DNA of 62,923 bases, the filler included, from Deltaproteobacteria bacterium (GTDB lineage Bacteria; JAEEML01): the NCBI GenBank assembly GCA_016283195.1. It is 3 parts of 3 records of this genome, joined end to end, with 100 filler letters (N's around TTAATTAATTAA, not from the genome) between each part and the next. Parts side by side here need not be neighbours in the genome. Positions count along the whole stretch, not along the records: positions 17,106 to 33,968 come from JAEEML010000118.1; positions 34,069 to 62,923 come from JAEEML010000121.1; 1 more part is not named here. The stretch is one strand, 5' to 3'. A model generated the notes under the pieces. That model had not been told where the DNA came from. It saw only the letters and a list, made by a program, of their open reading frames with translations, and did not search any database. Of this stretch, positions 31,509 through 40,447 are shown piece after piece. The position numbers and the translations under genes were made by a program. Numbering within the stretch: position 1 is the stretch's first letter; each line of letters starts with the position of its first letter.

Positions 31509-33059
31509 TTATTTAGTGCGTTTCCAAACATAAACAACAAGGTAGGGCGGCATATTGTTGTGCGGTTGCCCGCTACCAGCGGCCTCAACGGTGACCGAGC
31601 CGCTGGGGGTAAACGTATGGGTGTGCGCTCCTGCCGAAGCGGCGTAATTACCAGAATCCATGGTTTGAGGAGTATTATAATTAGTTCCTGTTGTTACATT
31701 GATGGTGCCGCCATTTTCATCCTGGCTACTGGCTCTTAATACCAGGGGATGTGTATGATTGCCATCGGAGCTGGTTGTGCCCGCTGTGCCGCTAAAAGTG
31801 GCGCCGTGATTATGGCTGGGCATTTCATCTTTGCTCAAAGTATGAGTAGCTTCGCCGCCCGTTTGCCCGGCGCTATAGGTGCTGCCGGCCGCCAGCAGGA
31901 AGCGGTCTTTAATTTGCTCCCAAGTGCCGCCAAGAGTGGTGGCCGGATTAGTAGCGGAGGTGCTGATATAAATAGCGCCGACCGGATAGAGAACATTGAG
32001 CAAATCCGGGCCGATGCCCTTGGCATTGATAGTACCGCTGGCGTTAACCGAGCTGATGGTGAAGTTTGTGGCCTCGATATTACCGCTTACCTTTAAAGTG
32101 CCATTATTCACACTGACAGAGATATTTGTGCCGTCTAAATCTTCAAAAAGCACTCCCGGCACAGTATCGGCAATGATGGCCTCAAAGTCCTCTTCGCCGC
32201 CGGTAGAGCGAATATGTAACGGTGCCTTGGGAATGCCGGTGCCAAGACCTAATTTGCCGCCATCCAAAACGGCTACTTCCGGCTGCGGGGCCAAAATGGT
32301 ATCGCGCTCAAATATGTAATAGGAGCCGCCGTACTGATCATAGCACTTTGGCCCTTGGTCGTTTAAAGTGGTAAATGCTGGGGCAGTGCAATCGGCCGCC
32401 AGGCGATCTTGATCGCACTCACAACTGTTAATACCGTTCAGTTCGCTTTCGTTTTCAGGGTTTAAGGTGTCTTTTTTGTTGTATTTGAAAGCCCCTTCGG
32501 CATAAATGCCGCTATTATTAATGCCAATGCGGCCATTTTCCTGCTCATCGATATGGAGTAGGGAACACTCCCATTCATCATTTGTGTAATTAAAGCGTAA
32601 GGTGCGACCGTCTTCACATTTTGGGAGAGCACTGTCTTGCATGGCGGGAAAGTCTAAATGTCGTTTGGTGATGCAGCCTTCGCAAGCAACAGAAGTACTG
32701 ATGGCCGAAATTTCAGCAGCAAGAGCATAAGGAACACTATGAATAGCGAGTTTTGGTTCCAGCTCGGTGCCATCAACAGATATGCCAAGTTCTAACTTAT
32801 CGGCGTTTCTTACGACATCCACATCAATATTGGGGATAGTGAGGACATAAGCGCCGCTTTCTACACTGACACTTTGTTCTGCTTCACCGGCTATGGTGTT
32901 ATTATCTCCATATATGGTGGCATGGATGGTATGAGTGCCGTTTACCAGTGCTCCGTCCTCTTTCAAAATGCCGTGATGGGTGAAAGAAAGAGGAACAGTG
33001 GCCATAGCTAAACGAGAAATACTCAGGATAAATAAAGCTACTGGAAAGAATTTTTTCAT
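31509..33059 (-). CDS. Secreted fibre/adhesin: signal peptide + MAT-like N-domain + fibre repeats + phage baseplate gp10/short-tail-fibre-like C-terminal tip
   Basis: Signal peptide ending AMA; VPLSFTHHGILKEDG...LELGISVDGTELEPKLAIHSVPYALAA; CEDGRTLRFN...WEC; GKLGLGTGIPKAPLHI; YPVGAIYIS..NP...GGTWE...GGEATHTL..EMPSHNH...HTH...HTH...PHNNMPPYLVVYVWKRT. Confidence 0.85.
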   Translation of the reverse strand: MKKFFPVALFILSISRLAMATVPLSFTHHGILKEDGALVNGTHTIHATIYGDNNTIAGEAEQSVSVESGAYVLTIPNIDVDVVRNADKLELGISVDGTELEPKLAIHSVPYALAAEISAISTSVACEGCITKRHLDFPAMQDSALPKCEDGRTLRFNYTNDEWECSLLHIDEQENGRIGINNSGIYAEGAFKYNKKDTLNPENESELNGINSCECDQDRLAADCTAPAFTTLNDQGPKCYDQYGGSYYIFERDTILAPQPEVAVLDGGKLGLGTGIPKAPLHIRSTGGEEDFEAIIADTVPGVLFEDLDGTNISVSVNNGTLKVSGNIEATNFTISSVNASGTINAKGIGPDLLNVLYPVGAIYISTSATNPATTLGGTWEQIKDRFLLAAGSTYSAGQTGGEATHTLSKDEMPSHNHGATFSGTAGTTSSDGNHTHPLVLRASSQDENGGTINVTTGTNYNTPQTMDSGNYAASAGAHTHTFTPSGSVTVEAAGSGQPHNNMPPYLVVYVWKRTK

Positions 33060-33100
33060 TTTTTGCTCCAAGTTAAGAGAACGAAAAAGGCACACTTTGC

Positions 33101-33128
33101 AGTTTACGTTAGTTGCTCAGTGAGTCAA
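33101..33128 (-). promoter_or_regulatory. Putative sigma70 promoter of the fibre gene
   Basis: Minus strand TTGACT-16 nt-TAAACT about 40 bp upstream of the ATG at 33059. Confidence 0.4.
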
Positions 33129-33167
33129 GAGTTAAAAACAAGCTGGGAGAAAGGTAATGCGGCGCGG

Positions 33168-33968
33168 TCAGTTGTCTTTTACGCAGCGCACCAGCATATA
33201 GTAGGATTGAGACATGTTAAGACTAACGCCAATTGTATCATCATTATAATACCGATTAAAGTAGTATGCATTTGTTGTACCGCTAGTAGTATCCGACCAT
33301 GCAAAAAAACCTCCGCCTCTGTTTAGTAGTTTGTTGTCTGAGTAGTATCCATATGTGTTACCATCAGTATAGGTTCCGATATTAAAACCAGCATTATTTA
33401 ATTTAGGTGTACACGTTTTAGTTGTCCAAAAACTAGATTTAAGGCTGCAATCAGTAGAGTCAGTAGCTTGTAACATTGCTTTATAGTCCGCCTGTGTTGG
33501 TAGATGCCAGCCAACAGGGCATACCTTTTGCGCTTCAGAAAAATTGTAGTATATCTTACTATTTGCGGAGTATGTATTATCAGCGTTAAAATAATAATTG
33601 AGATTATCCACTATCCACCACTTGCCGTCCGCCATTTTAGCCACCTTGTAGCTGTAGTAATATGAATTAGTACCGCAATAGATTTTAATTTTGCAGTTAC
33701 TATCGTTGTGACCGCTAGTAAAGGTGCAACTTGCATTTGGTATAGAACCGGTTATACATTTATCACAATTCTCACCTGCCCAATAGTTGTTATCACAGTC
33801 ACCACTACACTTGCCGGTGATATTGTCAGCTGTGCCGTGAACGCAGGCTTTTTCTACATCGCAGTTGCTGTTTGGTCCTAGAACCCAGTTACCAATACAT
33901 GAAGAGCAGGTGCCGGATTCTTCATTGAGAAGACCATGGGAGATATTGCAAGTAATGGTTTTATCACA
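33168..33968 (-). CDS. Cys-rich (EGF/laminin-like) + FISUMP (Fib_succ_major) domain protein, 5'-truncated at contig end
   Basis: Frame is open to the gap: CDKTITCNISHG..CSSCIGNW..CVHG..GKCSGDCDNNYWAGENCDKC, then YKVAKMADGKWWIVDNLNY...Y.F..A..VCPVGWHLPT...VRCVKD. Confidence 0.88.
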   Translation of the reverse strand, partial: CDKTITCNISHGLLNEESGTCSSCIGNWVLGPNSNCDVEKACVHGTADNITGKCSGDCDNNYWAGENCDKCITGSIPNASCTFTSGHNDSNCKIKIYCGTNSYYYSYKVAKMADGKWWIVDNLNYYFNADNTYSANSKIYYNFSEAQKVCPVGWHLPTQADYKAMLQATDSTDCSLKSSFWTTKTCTPKLNNAGFNIGTYTDGNTYGYYSDNKLLNRGGGFFAWSDTTSGTTNAYYFNRYYNDDTIGVSLNMSQSYYMLVRCVKDN

Positions 33969-34068
33969 NNNNNNNNNNNNNNNNNNNNNNNNNNNNNNNN
34001 NNNNNNNNNNNNTTAATTAATTAANNNNNNNNNNNNNNNNNNNNNNNNNNNNNNNNNNNNNNNNNNNN
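33969..34068. other. Artificial contig linker (44N-TTAATTAATTAA-44N)
   Basis: Same linker as at 17006. Confidence 0.98.
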
Positions 34069-35976
34069 CATGGCAATGCCTTGAGTATCTTTTACCAAAC
34101 TCTTAGAGAGTGTGCCCAGGCTAATGGTATCACCGGTGATTTTTTTCTCGGCGAGCATAGTGATTTTGCAATAATTTTCGGCACAGGTTGTCTCATGGTT
34201 ATCATTGCTGAAAGTAGTAGCCATATTTTTTACAGCTGCAACAAGGGCATCGTTAAAATCAATATTTTCGCTAAAATTAATTAAGATATTATCACCGGTA
34301 ATAAGAGTATTCTCCGGGCGGGAAGCAGTTTTTTTCAGCTCAATGGAAATATAGCCGCTGGGCTCTTCGGTAATGTAGTCCAAGACACTTGGCATAACAT
34401 AAGGAGCATTAACATCACTGATATTATACTTTACTTCAGCGCTGGTAAAGCCTGAGCCAAAATCAATAGCGCCTTCCGGAATAGTAAATTTTAGCGGCAG
34501 ATTGATTTCTTTTTGGGCTATAATCTTTATCATGAGATTATTGCCGATTTCAAAGTTCTCAATACTAACTTCCACAGCGCTATCGCTATAACCGTCCTGG
34601 GCCAAATAGTATTTGTACACTCTTCTTAAAGATGCTCTATCAATGCTATTACCAATGTGGCAATCATTCTGAGTAAGAGTAATTACATCGCCGCCGGCCA
34701 GCTTACCATCATCCTGCTTACCGCTTATGGAAATTCTGGTAAATTGGCAATTTTCCAGTTCTCCGCTATTTTTTTCTAGCTCGCTCAAATAGGCTTTAAA
34801 ATTAATTAAATGTATTTTGGCAGCGCGGTTAGGATAGCCGTCGGCATCATAAACCAGAGCCGCCGGAAGCTCCAAAGTGAGAGCCGGTATATTTTTAAGA
34901 TTATCCTCTAAGTCCGTCATGTCACTCATAGTAAAAATGCTGCTGCCCAAAAAGGTAGCGGAATCTATAGAGCTGCCGGCAGGAATAGTTATACTTTTCC
35001 GCAAGACAAAAGTAACGGTGGTACTTTGCATAAGATCGCTAGCGGTGGCAAAGGCGCTCTTTACAACTGCGGCGCCGCTTCCAAGCGTGCTATCCAGCCA
35101 GCTTTGCACATTTTTAGTCAATTGCCCAAGGCAAAAGTCATTCTCGGAAGTGAGGATTATCTTATCGTTCGGATCGCTCATGATACTCATCAGATCCGCA
35201 TTATTATTATAATAATCAAGACAGCTGAAATTACTGTTTAAATTAATGGCAAAGGTGGTGCCTTGCTGGAGTTTATCCACGCTACCGCCTGTTTCCTGAA
35301 CATAGATTCCATCAACAAGAGCCCCTTCGCCATTTATCGGGCCCATCGGGCCCATCGTCGGGCCCATCATTGAGGACATCATGTTGACATCAATGAGCAC
35401 TAAAGCGTCGCCGGCCGCAAAGCCGTTTGCTTCATGCACTAAGCCATATTGCTGCACTAACGGCATAATCACTGTATAATATTTATAGTCACATTCATTT
35501 CCATTATAGTCACAATATTCATCATCTATGCCGTTTGCCAGCATGAGAATTTCTTCTAAGCCCATGAAATAGGCGCCCATGATATTAAAACCTGCCGCCG
35601 GATCGACATATTTATTGCTCTCATAAGCAAAAGTGAGCACCGAGCCGGGCAAATCTTTAGCTAGCCCCTTGGTATCGCCCTTAAAAGTGACTTTAACCGT
35701 TTGCTCATCCACTTGCTGCAATTTGCTGATATAAGCAAAGTGGTTTGGCTCTATGGGCTGGGGAGCCGGAGACTCGGTTTTGCCGTCTCCATCATTCGGC
35801 TTTTGGTTGTCTTCACCTTGATTTTGGCTACTGCCCTCTTTGGGGTCGGCCGGCTTTTGGCTATTGTCGTTATTATTTGGTTCGCCGGGCTGCTCGTTAT
35901 TGCTATTTGAGCAAGCGCTTACCGTAAGCGCTGTCGTAAGCAAAGTAGCTAGCAGGTATTTAGTTAGAAACTTCAT
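34069..35976 (-). CDS. Large surface lipoprotein, paralog B (3'-truncated), with putative tandem Ig-like domains
   Basis: AAGGAG RBS, lipobox VSAC, N/Q/P linker; homologous throughout to the 36116-39556 protein (HFAYI..KVTF.GDTKGLAKDLPGS.LTFAYES; SNFSC.DYYNN; DLMQSTT; PNR.A). Confidence 0.85.
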
Positions 35977-35983
35977 AAAAATA

Positions 35984-36048
35984 CTCCTTGGGCGCCGCGC
36001 GCCGTAATTTTGCAGGCTTTGTAACATAATTTTTCAAAGTTACAAGTG
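35984..36048 (-). promoter_or_regulatory. Conserved leader of lipoprotein B: palindrome TTGTAAC-N13-GTTACAA plus GGCGC-nnn-GCGCC hairpin before the SD
   Basis: Nearly duplicated at 39566-39632. Confidence 0.65.
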
Positions 36049-36115
36049 ATAACTACACTTAAGGCATAGAAAGAGGAAAAAACGTGCGGTTACAGCTTAA
36101 AGCTCTAAAAGATTA

Positions 36116-39100
36116 CTAGTAGCGGAAGAAATAATCATCATAGTCTAAGTTAAAAGCTTCCATCATTTGCAGGATAAAATACTCCCATGCTTCGCCAGCC
36201 GGCTTAGGCCCATAGGTGCCGGCCCGGTCTTTAGCGCCGGAAACAACAATAGCGCCATCAAAAGCATCGGCTGTCGGCATATCGGCAGCCACAAAATGAT
36301 AACCGCCGGCAACCAAAGCCGTATTAGCTTGATAAATGGCGCTATTGCCATCAAGTGAGCCTTCCACAAAGGTGAAATCGGCAGCGGGCACTATTTCTTC
36401 CTGAATAGTCATAGTATAGGGCAACATAGAGCTGCCATCGTAAAGCCAAAATGCCTCCAGATTTACATCTTCGCCGGTGCTGATATCCAGCGGCTCACCG
36501 GTATATTTAAAGACCATTTTAGCAAAACTATCGCCGCTATCATAACCAATATAGGAAATAGCGGAGCCAAAAGTTTCCAGCATGGCATCACGCAGAGCAT
36601 ACTTGCTATGATCGGAATGATAGTCACAGTTACTGCTAACTTCAATAAGATCGCCGCTCATCAACTGGCCGTCGCCGGGGAGTGAGTTTATAGGCTTAGC
36701 TGTTACTTCCAACTTGTTAGAAGGAGGCAAAATAACTTTAATGCCAGGTAATGAATCAATAGAGAGCTCTATTGGCTCATCCCAAGAAATAGCTTTACCT
36801 TTATATTGACATACTGAAGTCATCTGAGCAAGTGGGTTAGCTTTTGGGCTACAGGTTATATCTACATCAGAAACACCGTCAAATTGCAGTATTTCATTCC
36901 GGACAAGCTGTGTCGCCAGCATGACGATAGACATCTGCGGTTGGTTCATCATGCAGACTTGTGTATTTGGCTGTGTCGCACAAGCCATCAGTAAATCCTT
37001 CATATCTATGTCCAAAGCTACACCAATCATATCACCTGCTTCCAGCTTGCCGTTGCCGCAGGCGTCATCATCAGATTTTACATATTCGGCAACATAAGTC
37101 TTTTGCCCAGATGCAAGGCTATTAACATTCTTGTTATAATTATCCAAATAAACGGCAATAGCCGATCCCGAGCTAATGCCATATTCATCTGTAACGGCAT
37201 CTTGCGGAGTAAAAATAACCGGCTTGGCAGGATCGATAGCTTCAATATCTACTCCTATAAAGTATATAGCGGCCGTGGTATACCTAGATGATAAGGAGGA
37301 GTCATCATATACCACTTCGATTTGCGATAAATCGCCCTTTTTAATGGTGCCGTTTTCGATTTTGGAGCTACTAAGCCACTTGGCAACTGTTTCGGGATCT
37401 TGAACCTTATCGGGAACAATTTTATAAGTAACCATGGTGTTCATATTAATATGGTTAAGAGCCAGTTCTGTTGCCGCATCAGTCGCCATAGCATTCATAT
37501 TAATCATGGCATTCGCCGGCAGAGGATTTTGGGTATCAGACAGAACATGGTTAAAGAAGAGGTTACCTGCAGCCGGCGCCGAAAGCTCCGTATCGGCTTC
37601 CATGGCCCAGCTGGCGCCATTTAATATCAAATCTTTAGGAAGTGTACCTAAAGTAATGGTATCACCGGTAACCAGCATATCACTTTTCATAGTAACCGTG
37701 CAGTAGCTGTGAGAGCTATCATCTCCGCATGAAACTTCCGGTTTTTCGCCGGTTTGCGACTCAGCAAAAGCAGCCACCAGATTTTTTACAACCAAATAGG
37801 CTTTATTAGTATTAATTTGTTCATTAAAATCAATGCGCATTTCATCACCGGCAATAAGAGTATTCAGCGGGCGAGTATTAGCATTTGCGAGAGTTATAGT
37901 CATATTGCCGGCATTAATATCCTTCTCGGTGAGAATATCAGTGTAAGTAACCGGCAATACAGCCGGATGCTTAATTTCACTGATAACATATTTTACATCT
38001 TTATCATTAGTAATGCCGATCATGGAGGTAACAGCGCCAGCCGGAATAGTAAACTCGATGGGCAACTCGATGCGCTTTTTGGCCGTAAGCACAATTTTAA
38101 TTCCAGCGTCGCTCGATACATCCTGCGCTTTAATATCAGCGGAAGTATAACCGGCTTTAAAAAGATAATATTCATATAAATCATCAAGATCGTCGGTTAT
38201 ACCATTAGTAAAAGCACTGGGAGCAGAAGAGGACAAAGCCTGTGAAATAGTAACAGTATCTCCGGATTGTAATATATTATCACCTTGGTTACCGCTTATC
38301 GAAATTTCTGTTGGCAACAGTTCGCCCGAGGACGACTTCATAGCGTTTATAAACACAGGCATAAAATTGGCCAAATAAAGAGTAGCACCGCGGTTAGGAC
38401 GGCCGTCAATATCGTAGCCCAAAGCGCTCGGGAGTTGCAAAGTCAAAACCCGCAAATCGCTAAAAGTAATATTCTCTTCCGTTCTGGCAGCTGCCAGCAT
38501 TCCTAAAGAGCTCTCATTTATGACCTCAGCGCTCAACATTTCTTCGTCGGAAAACTCAATGTTCTTATCAGTCACAAAAACAATGGTTGTGGACTGCATG
38601 AGATCGGCAGCGCTGGTGAAGACGATTTTTACATGGGCAACACCTCTACCTAGGGCGCTATCCAGCCAGTTTTGAGTATTCTCGGCCAAAGAAGCCAGGC
38701 AGGCATCACTTTTATCGGTAAGAACAAATTTGCTCTTCGGATTATCCATCAGAGAAGCAATATCCAACATGTTATTATAATAATCAAAACAGCTAAAGTT
38801 ACTCTCAAGATTTATGGCCAAAGTAGTGTTTGGAGGAATACTAGTATCATCATTGGACATATTAGCTAGTACGCCATCGGTAACTAATCCTAAACTGGAG
38901 CCTAATAAACCAATAAAATCCCAAAGCAGCAATTTATCTTGCACCATCAGGCCATTAAGCTCATGTATCATGAGTGTCATTTCCATTGCCATTTCATCAT
39001 CAAACGGCAATTCGTCAGAACTCGTAAACGTATCAGCAATATCCCCAACCAAATTTGCATATGATAGCTCTTTCTTCCCCGAGCCTATAGGAAAACTACC

Positions 39101-39556
39101 GCCACTCAGCGCGTTCATAATATCAAATTTGGCTGAAACATCGACATATTCGGCGCTCTCATAAGCAAAAGTAAGCGCCGAGCCGGGCAAATCTTTGGCA
39201 AGCCCCTTGGTATCACCGCCAAAGGTAACTTTAACCAAATCATCGCTCAGCTGCTCCATATTTTTTATATAAGCAAAGTGGGTGGTCTCAGCCGGCGCCG
39301 GAGTATCGGTCTTGGCGTCGTTATTACAATTATTTTGGCAATTGCTTGTACAATTATCGCTATTGCAATCGCAAGTACCGTCGCAAGTACAAGTGCCCTT
39401 GCAATCGGTATTGCAATTGGCATTATTATTGTCGTTGCTTTTACTGTTTTCATTAGCCGGCTTTTCATTGCCGCCGTTATTGCCGTTAGAGCAGCCGCTA
39501 GCCATCAGAGCGGCCGCCAGCGTTAGAGTTAAGAAACATTTACCGAAAAAATTCAT
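36116..39556 (-). CDS. Large surface lipoprotein, paralog A (~1146 aa), Cys-rich linker plus putative tandem Ig-like domains
   Basis: Lipobox ASGC; CNTDCKGTCTCDGTCDCNSDNCTSNCQNNC; repeated G(D/N)xxLxxGDxIx(I/V) motifs. Confidence 0.88.
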   Translation of the reverse strand: MNFFGKCFLTLTLAAALMASGCSNGNNGGNEKPANENSKSNDNNNANCNTDCKGTCTCDGTCDCNSDNCTSNCQNNCNNDAKTDTPAPAETTHFAYIKNMEQLSDDLVKVTFGGDTKGLAKDLPGSALTFAYESAEYVDVSAKFDIMNALSGGSFPIGSGKKELSYANLVGDIADTFTSSDELPFDDEMAMEMTLMIHELNGLMVQDKLLLWDFIGLLGSSLGLVTDGVLANMSNDDTSIPPNTTLAINLESNFSCFDYYNNMLDIASLMDNPKSKFVLTDKSDACLASLAENTQNWLDSALGRGVAHVKIVFTSAADLMQSTTIVFVTDKNIEFSDEEMLSAEVINESSLGMLAAARTEENITFSDLRVLTLQLPSALGYDIDGRPNRGATLYLANFMPVFINAMKSSSGELLPTEISISGNQGDNILQSGDTVTISQALSSSAPSAFTNGITDDLDDLYEYYLFKAGYTSADIKAQDVSSDAGIKIVLTAKKRIELPIEFTIPAGAVTSMIGITNDKDVKYVISEIKHPAVLPVTYTDILTEKDINAGNMTITLANANTRPLNTLIAGDEMRIDFNEQINTNKAYLVVKNLVAAFAESQTGEKPEVSCGDDSSHSYCTVTMKSDMLVTGDTITLGTLPKDLILNGASWAMEADTELSAPAAGNLFFNHVLSDTQNPLPANAMINMNAMATDAATELALNHINMNTMVTYKIVPDKVQDPETVAKWLSSSKIENGTIKKGDLSQIEVVYDDSSLSSRYTTAAIYFIGVDIEAIDPAKPVIFTPQDAVTDEYGISSGSAIAVYLDNYNKNVNSLASGQKTYVAEYVKSDDDACGNGKLEAGDMIGVALDIDMKDLLMACATQPNTQVCMMNQPQMSIVMLATQLVRNEILQFDGVSDVDITCSPKANPLAQMTSVCQYKGKAISWDEPIELSIDSLPGIKVILPPSNKLEVTAKPINSLPGDGQLMSGDLIEVSSNCDYHSDHSKYALRDAMLETFGSAISYIGYDSGDSFAKMVFKYTGEPLDISTGEDVNLEAFWLYDGSSMLPYTMTIQEEIVPAADFTFVEGSLDGNSAIYQANTALVAGGYHFVAADMPTADAFDGAIVVSGAKDRAGTYGPKPAGEAWEYFILQMMEAFNLDYDDYFFRY

Positions 39557-39565
39557 TGAGAAAAA

Positions 39566-39632
39566 CTCCTTCCGGCGCAGAGCGCCATAATTTTGCTCCG
39601 GTATGTAACACAATTTTTCAAAGTTGCAAGTG
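39566..39632 (-). promoter_or_regulatory. Conserved leader of lipoprotein A: TTGCAAC-N13-GTTACAT plus GGCGC-tct-GCGCC hairpin before the SD
   Basis: Nearly duplicated at 35984-36048. Confidence 0.65.
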
Positions 39633-39676
39633 TTAGTTTTATCTTAAATGTTTAGTTCATTACCAGGAGAGGGCTC

Positions 39677-40447
39677 TTAAAGCCGCCAGGCAATGGCTTC
39701 TTCATTGACCCAGCCGCGCTTACCGTCACTAAGGCTCACTAAAAGCCAGCCGTTTTGCTCTTCTTCCACAAAGAGCTCGGTACATTCATGGAGCTCAAAG
39801 AGCTTTTGAGCATTGGTATTGCCGGCCGAGCGCACCGCGGCAACCGGCACCTTAACCACCCCTTCCGGAGTAGTAAAAAAGCGCTCTTTCAGCAGAGAGG
39901 AGGCAAAAAAGAGGGTGAGGAACAAAGAAAAGATGAGCCCCATAGAGAGCAAATCGCTCTTTTTTCTTTTAAAAGCCATAAGCAACCCGAAAAAGAGCGC
40001 ATTAAAAACCAGGAGCAAAACCAGGCGTTCCTTAAAAGAAAAAATATAATGGCCAAAAAAGAGGGTGCGCCGCCAGGTGGCTTGTAAAGGCGGCAATTCA
40101 TCAACGGCTTTTAGCTTTAATAAAGCCAAATTAGCCCCTAAGTTATCCCAGCGCGGGGCCAGTTTTTCGGCCTCTTTAAAGGCCCAGAGAGCAGCGCCGT
40201 TTTGCCCGGAGCGGTAATAGCTGTTGCCTAAATTATACCAACTGCCGGCGCCGGCCCGGCCGCTTTTTATGAGCTCACGAAAGCCGGCGCCGGCAGCAGC
40301 AAAGTCGCCCTTTTCATAAGCTTCGGTGGCCTGAAAGAAGAGGCGATCGTTATTTTCCGCAGCTGCTTCGGCGGCCAGAGCCCCGGGCAGAAAAGCAAGT
40401 ACAGCCCCAAGAAGAACCATTAGAGCTGCTTTATTAGGTGAGCGCAT
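39677..40447 (-). CDS. BatE-like TPR + TM + SH3b protein
   Basis: TPR (YNLGNSYYR), two TM helices, C-terminal LFELHE.TE...NGWLLV.L.DGKRGWV. Confidence 0.85.
   Translation of the reverse strand: MRSPNKAALMVLLGAVLAFLPGALAAEAAAENNDRLFFQATEAYEKGDFAAAGAGFRELIKSGRAGAGSWYNLGNSYYRSGQNGAALWAFKEAEKLAPRWDNLGANLALLKLKAVDELPPLQATWRRTLFFGHYIFSFKERLVLLLVFNALFFGLLMAFKRKKSDLLSMGLIFSLFLTLFFASSLLKERFFTTPEGVVKVPVAAVRSAGNTNAQKLFELHECTELFVEEEQNGWLLVSLSDGKRGWVNEEAIAWRL

Noticed and set aside
33168-33400. Diversity-generating retroelement variable repeat
   Set aside because: No template repeat or reverse transcriptase is visible in the window; kept only as a testable idea.
31509-33968. Prophage, tailocin or eCIS
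   Set aside because: Only one tail-fibre-like domain is present, on a protein with a signal peptide. There is no integrase, terminase, capsid, sheath, tube or lysis gene in the contig.
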